Shown here: piece by piece, positions 7,567 to 17,090 of the stretch
How positions within the stretch are numbered: position 1 is the first letter of the stretch
Layout: each line of letters opens with the position of its first letter
Origin: Yeosuana marina
GTDB lineage: Bacteria > Bacteroidota > Bacteroidia > Flavobacteriales > Flavobacteriaceae
Direction: 5' to 3'
Length of the DNA: 32,000 nucleotides
Assembly: GCF_011762485.1 (NCBI RefSeq)
Contig: NZ_JAAKGI010000025.1
Coordinates: 13,228 to 45,227 of the forward strand
The notes under the pieces: generated by a model
The model's database searches: none
What the model was told of the DNA's origin: nothing
What the model saw: only the letters and a program-made list of their open reading frames with translations
Position numbers and translations under genes: made by a program

Positions 7567-9048
7567 ATGAAAGTATCTATAATAGGTTCCGGGTTTTCTT
7601 CATTAGCCGCTTCATGCTATTTAGCGAAAGCAGGCTATGATGTTACTATATTTGAAAAGAATAAAACTATTGGAGGTCGAGCAAGACAACTAATAAAAAA
7701 TGGTTTTACTTTTGATATCGGTCCCACATGGTATTGGATGCCCGATGTGTTTGAACGATTTTTTTCAGATTTTAATAAAGTTCCTTCAGACTATTATACA
7801 CTAGAAAAATTAAATCCGGCTTACAGTGTTTATTTTGGAAAAGATGATTACATCACTATTGAAGATACGTTAGAAAAAATACTCTTAGCTTTTGAAAAAG
7901 AAGAAAAAGGGTCTTCAACAAAACTTAAAAAATTTATTGCTACTGCTAAAAGTAATTACGATATAGCTATAAAGGATTTGGTTTATAATCCAGGTGTTTC
8001 GCCATTAGAACTCATTACATTTCAAACGGCTAAAAAAGTGAATCAATTTTTTGGTAATATCAAAAGAGATGTAAGAAAAGAATTTAAAAATGAAAGACTT
8101 GTACAAATACTAGAGTTTCCTGTATTGTTTTTAGGAGCAAAACCTAGTGATACACCCTCATTTTATAGTTTTATGAATTATGCTGACTTTGGTTTAGGCA
8201 CATTTCATCCCAAAAAAGGTATGTATCAGGTTATTTTGGCTATGGAGTCTTTAGCTAAAGACCTTGGTGTAACAATAATAACTGACAGTCCTATTGACAC
8301 TATCATTGTTGAAAACGGACAAGCTAAAGGTGTAATTTCAAAAGGAAAAACTATTTCAAGCGATATTGTTTTAAGTGGAGCAGACTATCATCACACAGAA
8401 ACATTATTAGAAAAACCATATAGACAATATTCAGAAAGTTATTGGAACAAAAAAACATTTGCGCCTTCTTCGCTGCTATTTTATGTTGGTTTTGATAAAA
8501 AAATAAAGAACGTAAATCATCATACCTTATTTTTTGATGTAGATTTTGATGTGCATGCAGAAGCTATATATGACAATCCTAAATGGCCTGAAAACCCATT
8601 GTTTTATGCGAGTTTTCCAAGTAAAACAGATACTAATTCTGCTCCTGAAGGTCAAGAAGCTGGTATTTTTTTAATTCCGCTTGCACCAGGATTAGAAGAT
8701 TCATCAGAGTTAAGAGAATTATATTTTGAAAAAATAATGACTCGTTTTGAAACATTAACATCTCAAAATATAAAAAAACATGTTATATTTAAAGAGTCGT
8801 TTTGTATTAATGATTTTATAAAAGATTATAATTCGTATAAAGGAAATGCCTATGGAATGGCAAATACGTTAACACAAACGGCATTTTTAAGACCCAAATT
8901 GAAGAGTAAAAAAGTGAAAAACTTGTTTTTTACTGGTCAATTAACTGTGCCAGGACCAGGAGTTCCACCTTCCCTAATTTCTGGGAAGTTAGTAGCAGAA
9001 TTAATAAGCAAACATCACATACTTAAACCTAGTTTAAGTATCGCATAA
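7567..9048 (+). CDS. crtI: phytoene desaturase
   Basis: 493 aa with N-terminal FAD Rossmann motif VSIIGSGFSSLAASCYLAKAGYDVTIFEKN..GGRA and a C-terminal FTGQLTVPGPGVP motif typical of CrtI. Confidence 0.9.
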   Translation: MKVSIIGSGFSSLAASCYLAKAGYDVTIFEKNKTIGGRARQLIKNGFTFDIGPTWYWMPDVFERFFSDFNKVPSDYYTLEKLNPAYSVYFGKDDYITIEDTLEKILLAFEKEEKGSSTKLKKFIATAKSNYDIAIKDLVYNPGVSPLELITFQTAKKVNQFFGNIKRDVRKEFKNERLVQILEFPVLFLGAKPSDTPSFYSFMNYADFGLGTFHPKKGMYQVILAMESLAKDLGVTIITDSPIDTIIVENGQAKGVISKGKTISSDIVLSGADYHHTETLLEKPYRQYSESYWNKKTFAPSSLLFYVGFDKKIKNVNHHTLFFDVDFDVHAEAIYDNPKWPENPLFYASFPSKTDTNSAPEGQEAGIFLIPLAPGLEDSSELRELYFEKIMTRFETLTSQNIKKHVIFKESFCINDFIKDYNSYKGNAYGMANTLTQTAFLRPKLKSKKVKNLFFTGQLTVPGPGVPPSLISGKLVAELISKHHILKPSLSIA

Positions 9049-9080
9049 AAAATCATCAACCACCAACTAATAACAAAAAA

Positions 9081-9920
9081 ATGAAAGCATTATTTGATAC
9101 CGTATCGTACCATTGTAGCAAGATTGTTACAAGGTCTTATAGTACATCTTTCTCATTAGCTACTAAAATGCTTGCGAAATCGATTAGAGACGATATATAT
9201 AACATTTATGGCTTTGTAAGGTTTGCTGATGAGATTGTAGACTCGTTTCATGATTACGACAAAAACATACTTTTTAATGATTTTTCTGTTGATTTAGAAA
9301 AAGCTTTAGAACATAAAATTAGTTTAAACCCAATTCTTAATTCTTTTCAACACACCTATCATCAATACGGAATTGAAAAACATATGGTAGATTCTTTTAT
9401 GAAAAGTATGGAATTAGACTTACATAAATCAAAATACCTAACTCAAGAAGAATTTAAAACTTATATATATGGTTCTGCCGATGTTGTTGGACTCATGTGT
9501 TTAAAGGTTTTTGTAAAAGGAGACAATAATAAATACAATGAATTAAAAGATTCTGCCATGTCATTAGGTTCTGCCTTTCAAAAGGTAAATTTTCTGAGAG
9601 ATTTAAAAGCGGATCATGAAGGTTTAAACAGAACTTATTTTCCTAATACTGATTTAAATAATCTTGATGAAAAATCTAAATTAGAAATCATTAACGATAT
9701 AGAAGAAGATTTTGCAAAGGGGCTTCAAGGCATAAAAATGCTTCCAATTGAAGCTAAATTTGGCGTTTTTATGGCTTATAGATATTACCATCAGTTATTG
9801 AAAAAACTAAAAAAAACACCAGCTTTACAAATAAAGAATACCAGAATACGCGTAGCTAATGTTAAAAAAATTGAGCTTCTCATGCGTAGTTATGTAAAAT
9901 ATCAATTAAATTTATTGTAA
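9081..9920 (+). CDS. crtB: phytoene synthase
   Basis: 279 aa with squalene/phytoene synthase motifs YGFVRFADEIVD (DxxxD) and FQKVNFLRDLKAD. Confidence 0.9.
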   Translation: MKALFDTVSYHCSKIVTRSYSTSFSLATKMLAKSIRDDIYNIYGFVRFADEIVDSFHDYDKNILFNDFSVDLEKALEHKISLNPILNSFQHTYHQYGIEKHMVDSFMKSMELDLHKSKYLTQEEFKTYIYGSADVVGLMCLKVFVKGDNNKYNELKDSAMSLGSAFQKVNFLRDLKADHEGLNRTYFPNTDLNNLDEKSKLEIINDIEEDFAKGLQGIKMLPIEAKFGVFMAYRYYHQLLKKLKKTPALQIKNTRIRVANVKKIELLMRSYVKYQLNLL

Positions 9921-9929
9921 ATTTATAGC

Positions 9930-10379
9930 ATGCAAACTGTCTATTGGATACTTGTTTTTGTTTCTGTATTCTGTATTATGGAATTTATGGCGTGGTTTAC
10001 TCATAAATATATAATGCATGGGTTTTTATGGGTTCTACATAAAGATCATCATAAAAAGGATCATGATAGTTGGTTTGAGCGCAATGATGCCTTTTTTATT
10101 TTTTATGCGATTGTAAGTATGATTTGCTTTTACTTATGGAGTTATGAGAATATATGGTATTGTCTCCCTATAGGTTTAGGAATTATGGCTTACGGTGCTG
10201 CATATTTTCTAGTACATGATATTTTTATTCATCAACGATTTAAATTATTCAGAAATGCTAATGGTTGGTACGCTAAAGGTGTTCGAAGAGCACATAAAAT
10301 TCATCACAAGCATTTAGGAAAAGACAAGGGCGAATGTTTTGGTATGCTATTCGTTCCTTTTAAATACTTCAAACAATAA
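9930..10379 (+). CDS. crtZ: beta-carotene 3-hydroxylase
   Basis: 149 aa membrane protein with the four His boxes of the fatty-acid-hydroxylase family (HKYIMHG, HKDHH, HDIFIHQR, HKIHHKH). Confidence 0.9.
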   Translation: MQTVYWILVFVSVFCIMEFMAWFTHKYIMHGFLWVLHKDHHKKDHDSWFERNDAFFIFYAIVSMICFYLWSYENIWYCLPIGLGIMAYGAAYFLVHDIFIHQRFKLFRNANGWYAKGVRRAHKIHHKHLGKDKGECFGMLFVPFKYFKQ

Positions 10380-10398
10380 ATTTCTTTAACATAATTAT

Positions 10399-11550
10399 AT
10401 GCCATCAACAAATCATTTCGATTATGTTATTATTGGAAATGGTTTAGCTGGATTGCAACTCGCATTACAATTATCATCAGATTCCTTTTTTGATAATAAA
10501 CAAGTTTTATTAATTGATAAGTCTGATAAAAATAGTAATGATAAAACATGGTGTTTTTGGGAAAAAAACACTGGAAAGTGGGACCATATAGTTTATAGAA
10601 CTTGGGATAAAGCAATGTTTCATACTTCGAAAACAGCTCTTAAATTATCCTTGAGTCCTTACAAATATAAAATGATTAGATCTATAGACTTTTATAAAGA
10701 CGCTAAATCTATACTTTCTAAAAAGGCCAATTTTCACTTTGTCTTAGGTGATGTTATTGATATAAATGAAAATGATTTAGTTACCATTCAAACTAAAGAT
10801 AATTTCTATACAGCAAATCATGCTTTTGATAGCCGTATTGATAGCACCTTTTTTAATAAAAAAGATAATTATATAATAATTAACCAGCATTTTAAAGGCT
10901 GGACTATTGAAACAGACAGCGATGTTTTTGATCCTGACAGGTTTACCATGATGGACTATAGAATAAAAGATGGCGACCAAACAACGTTTACTTATATATT
11001 GCCATTTTCAACAAAAAAGGCTTTAGTTGAGTTTACGTATTTCACACCACAAATTGTTGATGATAGCACTTATGATGTTTATCTTAAAAAATATCTTTCA
11101 GACATTTTAAAAATTGAAGACTACACTATTACTGAGGTTGAAACTGGAAATATTCCTATGACAGATTTCCCATTTCAAACGCATTCTACACAACATATCA
11201 CAAAAATTGGAACTGCAGGTGGTTGGGTAAAAGGATCTACAGGCTATTCTTTTAAACATACCGAGAAAAAAGTGTTGAAAATTATTGAAAATTTAAAACA
11301 AAATGAATTACCATCAAAAGGATTATATAATAAAAGATATGCCTTTTACGACAAAGTTTTCTTGAGAGTGTTGCAAGATGAAAATGATAAAGGAGAATGG
11401 ATTTTTGAAAAATTTTACACCAAAAATTCTGTTGAAACTATGTTTGAATTTTTAGATGAAGAGTCCTCTTTTTATAACGATTTAAAGATTATGAACGCTC
11501 TGTTTTCCGTATCGTTTATTAAGGCTTTTTTTAAGACCATATTATTTTAA
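10399..11550 (+). CDS. crtY: lycopene beta-cyclase (CrtY type)
   Basis: 383 aa with N-terminal FAD motif DYVIIGNGLAGLQLA and the conserved FTYILPFS and GTAGGWVKGSTGYSF motifs of CrtY/CrtL cyclases. Confidence 0.8.
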   Translation: MPSTNHFDYVIIGNGLAGLQLALQLSSDSFFDNKQVLLIDKSDKNSNDKTWCFWEKNTGKWDHIVYRTWDKAMFHTSKTALKLSLSPYKYKMIRSIDFYKDAKSILSKKANFHFVLGDVIDINENDLVTIQTKDNFYTANHAFDSRIDSTFFNKKDNYIIINQHFKGWTIETDSDVFDPDRFTMMDYRIKDGDQTTFTYILPFSTKKALVEFTYFTPQIVDDSTYDVYLKKYLSDILKIEDYTITEVETGNIPMTDFPFQTHSTQHITKIGTAGGWVKGSTGYSFKHTEKKVLKIIENLKQNELPSKGLYNKRYAFYDKVFLRVLQDENDKGEWIFEKFYTKNSVETMFEFLDEESSFYNDLKIMNALFSVSFIKAFFKTILF

Positions 11551-12102
11551 TAACCCATCAATTGTTGCTCTTACTTTGTCACTATTCCAATTAGCAGCAC
11601 CACTCTCATCTATCACAATGTTTCCGTTTTGATCAATTAAAAACGTTCTTGGAATAGAGGGGACATCAAACAAACCGGTAGATCCGTCTAGCGGTCTAAA
11701 CACTTTAAAAGAGTATTCGTTCTTATCTAAAAATGGATTGATTTCACTATAAAAATCTGATGTAACAAATAGAAAGACAACTTTATCTTGATAATCGACA
11801 TACAACTTTTGAATACTTGGCATTTCAGCAATGCATGGCGGACACCAAGTTGCCCAAAAATTCACAAAAACCACTTTTCCTTTTGTACTTTCAAAATTAA
11901 AAACTTTACCATCTTCATTTTTTAACTTCCAATCGTAACTTTTTAAAGCAGTTTGTTTTTCTTTGCTTTCTACCGACGGACTTATTAATGCTAATCCTTT
12001 ATTTAAAAAAATCTGAATAGGTCTTCGTGTTTGAGGAATTATTAGAATAGCTATAATTAGTAAAAAAAACAGATTACTGCGTTGTGATTTTGAAAGTTTC
12101 AT
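11542..12102 (-). CDS. TlpA-like thiol:disulfide oxidoreductase (thioredoxin fold), membrane-anchored
   Basis: 186 aa with an N-terminal hydrophobic anchor and the active site FWATWCPPCIAEMP. Its 3' end overlaps the crtY 3' end by 9 nt (convergent). Confidence 0.8.
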   Translation of the reverse strand: MKLSKSQRSNLFFLLIIAILIIPQTRRPIQIFLNKGLALISPSVESKEKQTALKSYDWKLKNEDGKVFNFESTKGKVVFVNFWATWCPPCIAEMPSIQKLYVDYQDKVVFLFVTSDFYSEINPFLDKNEYSFKVFRPLDGSTGLFDVPSIPRTFLIDQNGNIVIDESGAANWNSDKVRATIDGLLK

Positions 12103-12163
12103 ATATTAAAAAATGAGATAATAAATCTGTCGTTATTGTTTAACAAATCTAACAATAAAGCAT

Positions 12164-12190
12164 AAAAAAACCTCCAAAATAGTGGAGGCT
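12164..12190 (-). terminator. rho-independent terminator after the DUF5606-like gene
   Basis: On the minus strand, CCTCCA-loop-TGGAGG (12171-12188) is followed by a U-run (complement of the A-run at 12164-12170). It lies 25 nt past the stop. Confidence 0.5.
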
Positions 12191-12214
12191 TCTTATATAA
12201 TTTGTAATCTTTTA

Positions 12215-12640
12215 TTATTCTTCTTCATCAGACGGTTTTTCGCCATCTGTTTCTAGTAAATCAAGCATGTTATTACTTTGAAGTAAATTATACCACTGTA
12301 TTACTTTTTTAATATCACTAACATAAACTCGATCTTCATCATATTCTGGCAATATCTCAAAGAAATACTCTTCTAACTTATCTTTAGACTCTTTTGGTCC
12401 AACACTAGTCGGTTCTCCTTGCTCCTTCTCTTTTATTTTTGATAAAACATCTTTTAAAGGCACTTCTTCTGTTAATGTATAAATAGCAATTTCGCTTAAC
12501 ACGCTTACATTTTGTTGAACATTAACTGATAAACGTTTCTTATCAATTAAAGATTCTGCTACAAAACCTCCACGCGTTTGTGCGATAAGTGTATACAACC
12601 CTGGTTTTCCTGCGATAGCTATTATTTTTTCTAAACTCAT
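12215..12640 (-). CDS. conserved Bacteroidota protein of unknown function (DUF5606-like)
   Basis: 141 aa. N-terminus MSLEKIIAIAGKPGLYTLIAQTRGGFVAESL matches my recollection of the DUF5606 family, which usually sits next to def. The C-terminus is acidic. Confidence 0.55.
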   Translation of the reverse strand: MSLEKIIAIAGKPGLYTLIAQTRGGFVAESLIDKKRLSVNVQQNVSVLSEIAIYTLTEEVPLKDVLSKIKEKEQGEPTSVGPKESKDKLEEYFFEILPEYDEDRVYVSDIKKVIQWYNLLQSNNMLDLLETDGEKPSDEEE

Positions 12641-12693
12641 AAATTATTTTTAAAAAGGGCAAATATCAACTGTTTAATAGTGTTTTGCAAGTA

Positions 12694-13284
12694 TTATCGT
12701 TTCTTTTTTTGGTTAGGAAAACGCATTCTATAATCTACATTTATTTTCCCTTTTGAGATGTTTGTTAGCTTTCCTTTTATCAACCGTTTTTTAAAAGCTG
12801 ATAATTTATCTGTAAACAAAATACCATCAATATGGTCATACTCATGTTGAATAACTCTAGCTATTAAACCGTCATATTCCTCAACGTGTTTTTCAAAATT
12901 TTCATCAACATACTCAATGGTAAGTTTTGGTTGTCTAAACACATCCTCTCTCACATCTGGAATACTTAAGCATCCTTCATTAAAAGCCCATTCATCACCC
13001 TCTTCTTTAGTGATTTTCGCATTTATAAAAACTCGTTTAAAACCTTTTAATGTATTTTTATCGTCTTCTGATAAATCTTCATCCTCAGAAAATGGTGAAG
13101 CATCAATTACAAACAAACGAATTGAAAGTCCTATTTGTGGTGCTGCTAAACCTACCCCATTTGCATTATACATGGTTTCAAACATGTTTTCTATTAAGGT
13201 GTCAAGATTTGGATACTCTTTGGTAATAGGATCTCCCACTTTTTTTAAAACAGGATCTCCATAGGCTACTATTGGTAAAATCAT
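12694..13284 (-). CDS. def: peptide deformylase
   Basis: 196 aa carrying all three PDF motifs: GVGLAAPQ, EGCLSIP and QHEYDH. Confidence 0.9.
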   Translation of the reverse strand: MILPIVAYGDPVLKKVGDPITKEYPNLDTLIENMFETMYNANGVGLAAPQIGLSIRLFVIDASPFSEDEDLSEDDKNTLKGFKRVFINAKITKEEGDEWAFNEGCLSIPDVREDVFRQPKLTIEYVDENFEKHVEEYDGLIARVIQHEYDHIDGILFTDKLSAFKKRLIKGKLTNISKGKINVDYRMRFPNQKKKR

Positions 13285-13357
13285 TGTTACTTTTTAATAA
13301 TTTTATGCAAAAATACAATACTTAATATTTATTGTACTCATTAAAATAAAAAAAACT

Positions 13358-13768
13358 CTACTTAGAATATAGATAACTTTGCAGAATCAACGTTGCACTA
13401 ATTTCATCAACAAGTGCTTTATTTTTACGTTTATTTTTTTTTAAACCGCTATCAATCATGGTTTGAAATGCCATTTTTGAAGTAAAACGCTCATCTACTC
13501 GTATAATTTTTGTATTGGGAAACGCTTTTTCTAACTTTTTAAGAAAAGGAATAATTAATGCTTCACTTTCAGAAGGTGCATTATTCATTTGTTTAGGCTC
13601 ACCAATCAAGAATAATTCTACTTGTTCTTTAGCAGTATAATTTTTTAAAAAGGTGATCAACTCATTTGTAGCAACAGTAGTTAATCCTGATGCTATAATT
13701 TGTAACTCATCGGTTACTGCTATTCCTGTTCTTTTACTACCATAATCTATTGCCAGTATACGCGCCAT
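13358..13768 (-). CDS. ruvX: Holliday junction resolvase-like RNase H-fold protein RuvX/YqgF
   Basis: MARILAIDYGSKRTGIAVTD... is the typical YqgF N-terminus. The ORF track begins two codons earlier at TTG 13774, but ATG 13768 is preferred. Confidence 0.85.
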   Translation of the reverse strand: MARILAIDYGSKRTGIAVTDELQIIASGLTTVATNELITFLKNYTAKEQVELFLIGEPKQMNNAPSESEALIIPFLKKLEKAFPNTKIIRVDERFTSKMAFQTMIDSGLKKNKRKNKALVDEISATLILQSYLYSK

Positions 13769-13795
13769 AAACAAATTTTAAACAAAAATAGGTAT

Positions 13796-13829
13796 AAAAA
13801 AAAGATTGCCAATTTTGGCAATCTTTTTT
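13796..13829. terminator. bidirectional hairpin terminator
   Basis: A-run, GATTGCCA, loop ATTT, TGGCAATC, T-run. It lies 25 nt downstream of the small minus-strand gene 13854-14165. Confidence 0.5.
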
Positions 13830-13853
13830 AATATGATTTTGACTTATAAATTA

Positions 13854-14165
13854 TTAAGCCATTTCTTCTTTATAAATTTTAGGGAATAACAAGTCAATAT
13901 TCTCAAGGTTTCTTTCTCTATTTAAAAAGATTCTGATATCACTAGCTGAACGAGCAATAACTTTAGTCGTTGATTTTATATCTTCGTTTACATTAGCACT
14001 AGCAGAGTTTTGAATTGCAGAAACAATTGGAGCTGCCTTTAAAACAAGTGTATTTACATTTAATTCATTTACAGTTACAACTTTAACAGCAGCAGTTTTT
14101 TCTTGAGCATTAGCTATAGAGAAAGAAAGTAATAAAATTAAAAGGATGTAAATATTTGTTTTCAT
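13854..14165 (-). CDS. small secreted protein, unknown function
   Basis: 103 aa with signal peptide MKTNIYILLILLLSFSIANA/QE. I recognise no domain. It has its own downstream terminator. Confidence 0.5.
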   Translation of the reverse strand: MKTNIYILLILLLSFSIANAQEKTAAVKVVTVNELNVNTLVLKAAPIVSAIQNSASANVNEDIKSTTKVIARSASDIRIFLNRERNLENIDLLFPKIYKEEMA

Positions 14166-14494
14166 ATTATAATGTGTTATTTTGATGATTCAAATATATG
14201 TCCACAACAAGGCTCATTCACAATAAATTAGTTGTAACTGTTTAGAATTTCGTTGATTAGATATCTGGTGATATTTTAACGATTACTAGATGAAATGCGC
14301 TGTTTTAATGCTCAACTGAATCTAAAATGCGTTTCATCTGAAAATTAGATTACTTAAAAGATAAAACTCATAAAAACACCTTTTATTTTATACTCAAAAC
14401 GAGCACTTTTCAGCTATAATTTTAATTTATATTATGTCGTTAAACTTTTTATTTTAAACATACATACTATATTTGCCAAAAAACAATTTCAATA

Positions 14495-15310
14495 ATGACA
14501 GAATTACAACACATCATAGAGCAAGCTTGGGAAAACAGGGCTCTTTTAAAAGAAACGGAAACGACGACAGCCATTAGAGAGGTTATTTCTTTATTAGACT
14601 CCGGAGAATTACGAGTTGCACAACCAGCTTCAGGTGGTTGGCAAGTTAACGAATGGGTAAAAAAAGCGGTTGTTTTATATTTCCCAATACAAACCATGGA
14701 AACTATTGAAGTTGGTCCTTTTGAATTTCACGATAAAATTCCGTTAAAAAAAGGATACAAAGAAAAAGGTATCCGAGTGGTTCCTCATGCGGTTGCTCGT
14801 CATGGTGCTTATATTTCAAAAGGCACTATTTTAATGCCCAGTTATGTAAATATTGGTGCTTATGTAGATGAAGGTACTATGGTTGACACGTGGGCTACCG
14901 TTGGAAGTTGTGCTCAAATTGGCAAAAATGTGCACTTATCTGGTGGTGTTGGTATTGGTGGTGTTTTAGAACCGTTGCAAGCAGCTCCTGTTATTATTGA
15001 AGATAATGTTTTTGTTGGATCTCGCTGTATTGTTGTTGAAGGTGTGCGCGTGGAAACTGAAGCCGTTTTAGGAGCCAATGTTGTACTGACTATGAGTACT
15101 AAAATAATTGATGTAACTGTTGATAAACCTATAGAAATGAAAGGAAGAGTACCTGCAAGATCGGTTGTGATTCCTGGAAGTTATACCAAAAAATTTGCTG
15201 CAGGAGAGTTTCAAGTACCGTGTGCTTTAATTATTGGAAAACGCAAAGAAAGTACCGATAAAAAAACGTCATTAAATGACGCACTTCGTGAAAACGACGT
15301 GGCTGTTTAA
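14495..15310 (+). CDS. dapD: 2,3,4,5-tetrahydropyridine-2,6-dicarboxylate N-succinyltransferase
   Basis: 271 aa with the DapD N-terminal helical domain (LQHIIEQAWENRALL) and left-handed beta-helix hexapeptide repeats (GKNVHLSGGVGIGGVLEP, IIEDNVFVGSRCIVVEGVRV). A TATATTTG -7 box lies at 14468-14475. Confidence 0.9.
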   Translation: MTELQHIIEQAWENRALLKETETTTAIREVISLLDSGELRVAQPASGGWQVNEWVKKAVVLYFPIQTMETIEVGPFEFHDKIPLKKGYKEKGIRVVPHAVARHGAYISKGTILMPSYVNIGAYVDEGTMVDTWATVGSCAQIGKNVHLSGGVGIGGVLEPLQAAPVIIEDNVFVGSRCIVVEGVRVETEAVLGANVVLTMSTKIIDVTVDKPIEMKGRVPARSVVIPGSYTKKFAAGEFQVPCALIIGKRKESTDKKTSLNDALRENDVAV

Positions 15311-15313
15311 AAA

Positions 15314-16129
15314 TTAATCTTTAATAATACCAAAAGGCGTCCAAGGGGTTTTTGAATCCCTTGTATGCTTTCTTATAGATTGATTTTTAGCAATAGATTC
15401 TGGAGTTTTATAGCCTCTTTTGTGATCCAGATGAAGACAAACAGCACTATATCTAATTTGCTTAGATTTTATTCCTAGATTAAACAAACGCTCACCAAGC
15501 TCTCTATCTTGTCCGCCATATTGCATACGCTCATCAAAACCATTAATAGCAACAATATCTTTTTTCCAACCAGAAGCATTATGCCCATTCCAACTGGCAT
15601 TAGTTGGCGTTAAGGTGTTTAATAGTTTAGATTTCAATCCTTTTGAAGTTAACTTATTATTTTTAAAAGAATTCTTCAACCCTTGTTCTTTTAACCAAGT
15701 CACATTAAAACAATTCCCTGATAAAATATCGTCTTTATTTATTTTTAAAGAAATGTCCATTGGCAACATAAAATAGCCTCCAGATAAAAAGTATCCGCTC
15801 TCTTTATAATTATTATGAACTTCTAAAAAATCAGCTCTGGGAATACAATCGCCATCACTCATAACTATATAGTCAGATTTGCATGCAACAATGGCTTTGT
15901 TTAAAATTCTTGATTTTTGAAATCCATCATCCTCTTGCCAAACATGATTAATATCTAATGTTCTTGCATTTTTAAAACTATCAATTAATTCCTTGGTTTT
16001 AGGCCCTGAACCATCATCGGCAATTACAATTTCAAAATCTTTAAACGTCTGACAACTATAACCCCAAAGAACCTTTTCTAACCAGGCTTCAGCATTATAG
16101 GTACTTATGATAACAGATATTTTGGTCAT
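15314..16129 (-). CDS. family-2 glycosyltransferase (GT-A fold)
   Basis: 271 aa with ISVIISTYNAEAWLEKVL, VIADDGS and MSDGDCIP (DxD) motifs. Confidence 0.8.
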   Translation of the reverse strand: MTKISVIISTYNAEAWLEKVLWGYSCQTFKDFEIVIADDGSGPKTKELIDSFKNARTLDINHVWQEDDGFQKSRILNKAIVACKSDYIVMSDGDCIPRADFLEVHNNYKESGYFLSGGYFMLPMDISLKINKDDILSGNCFNVTWLKEQGLKNSFKNNKLTSKGLKSKLLNTLTPTNASWNGHNASGWKKDIVAINGFDERMQYGGQDRELGERLFNLGIKSKQIRYSAVCLHLDHKRGYKTPESIAKNQSIRKHTRDSKTPWTPFGIIKD

Positions 16130-16245
16130 ATCATTAATAAAAAAATAGATATTTTTTAAAAGAGCAAATTATGAAAAGAACCTGTAATAGTGAAAAAAAA
16201 GACCTAAAGTATTTAGTATATTTGCTTTTTCTTGAAATTTAAATA

Positions 16246-17073
16246 ATGAAACTTGTAAAAGAATTACCTAAATCTCTAGCAAACAGTCTGTATTTGCATT
16301 TAGTACCTACAAAATTTCTCTATAGTTCAAGAAAAGAAACCTTACCTGTTATTGTTTCGATGACATCCATACCATCACGTCTTAATAGTATTCATTTAGT
16401 GATTAAGAGTATTTTAAATCAAACCCATAAACCAAAAAAAATAATTTTATGGCTACATCATGATTTAAAAAACAAATTGCCGAAACGCTTAACATCATTA
16501 GAATCTTCTTTATTCGAAATTAAATATTCTCATTTAACATGTTCTCATAGAAAATTAATCCATTCTTTAAAAGAATTTCCAGAAGATATTATTGTGACAT
16601 GTGATGATGATTTAATTTATAACAAACATTGGCTTTTTAAACTTTACACAGAACACCTAAAACACCCCAAGGATATCATCGCCAATACAACCTATCAAAT
16701 AAAATTAGATTCGGAAGGAAAATATAAGCCATACAAGGAGTGGAAATTCAAAAGTGACAATGCAAACTTATTGACATATATTCCTGTTGGAGCTTGGGGT
16801 ATTTTATATCCACCTAAAGTACTATCAGAAATTATATTTGATGAAGACTTATTTTTAAACCTAACACCAAAGGCAGACGACCTATGGTTTAAAGCTATGG
16901 CATTGTTAAAAGGGACTATTTCACGACAATCTGGAAATTTACCTAAAGAACCTATTCCAATTATTGGTACTCAAAAAGTGGCCTTAAAAAATGACAATGT
17001 GAATAAAAACAAGAATGATTTGCAATGGGAAGCTTTATCAAATCATTTTAATTTATACAACATTCTTAAGTAA
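16246..17073 (+). CDS. putative glycosyltransferase (GT-A-like, unassigned family)
   Basis: 275 aa with VSMTSIPSR, VTCDDDLIY (DxD-like) and KADDLWF motifs, as seen in capsule/LPS transferases. A TATATTTG -7 box lies at 16217-16224. Confidence 0.55.
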   Translation: MKLVKELPKSLANSLYLHLVPTKFLYSSRKETLPVIVSMTSIPSRLNSIHLVIKSILNQTHKPKKIILWLHHDLKNKLPKRLTSLESSLFEIKYSHLTCSHRKLIHSLKEFPEDIIVTCDDDLIYNKHWLFKLYTEHLKHPKDIIANTTYQIKLDSEGKYKPYKEWKFKSDNANLLTYIPVGAWGILYPPKVLSEIIFDEDLFLNLTPKADDLWFKAMALLKGTISRQSGNLPKEPIPIIGTQKVALKNDNVNKNKNDLQWEALSNHFNLYNILK

Positions 17074-17090
17074 TTATAAAACCCCAATTC

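Noticed and set aside
10430-10980. Minus-strand ORFs 10430-10615 and 10777-10980
   Set aside because: They are antisense inside crtY. The AT-rich antisense frames are simply free of stops and show no recognisable features.
12917-13264. Plus-strand ORF antisense to def
   Set aside because: def on the minus strand has all three catalytic motifs. The antisense product is Ser/Leu-rich nonsense.
14166-14494. Possible lysine riboswitch (L-box) upstream of dapD
   Set aside because: I could not find the conserved G/C-rich L-box core helices. The region is almost pure AT, and the one good hairpin lies upstream of the likely promoter. An Infernal scan would settle it.
14467-14697. Minus-strand 76-aa ORF overlapping the dapD 5' end and promoter
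   Set aside because: It overlaps a well-supported dapD, has no motif, and would need to start inside dapD.
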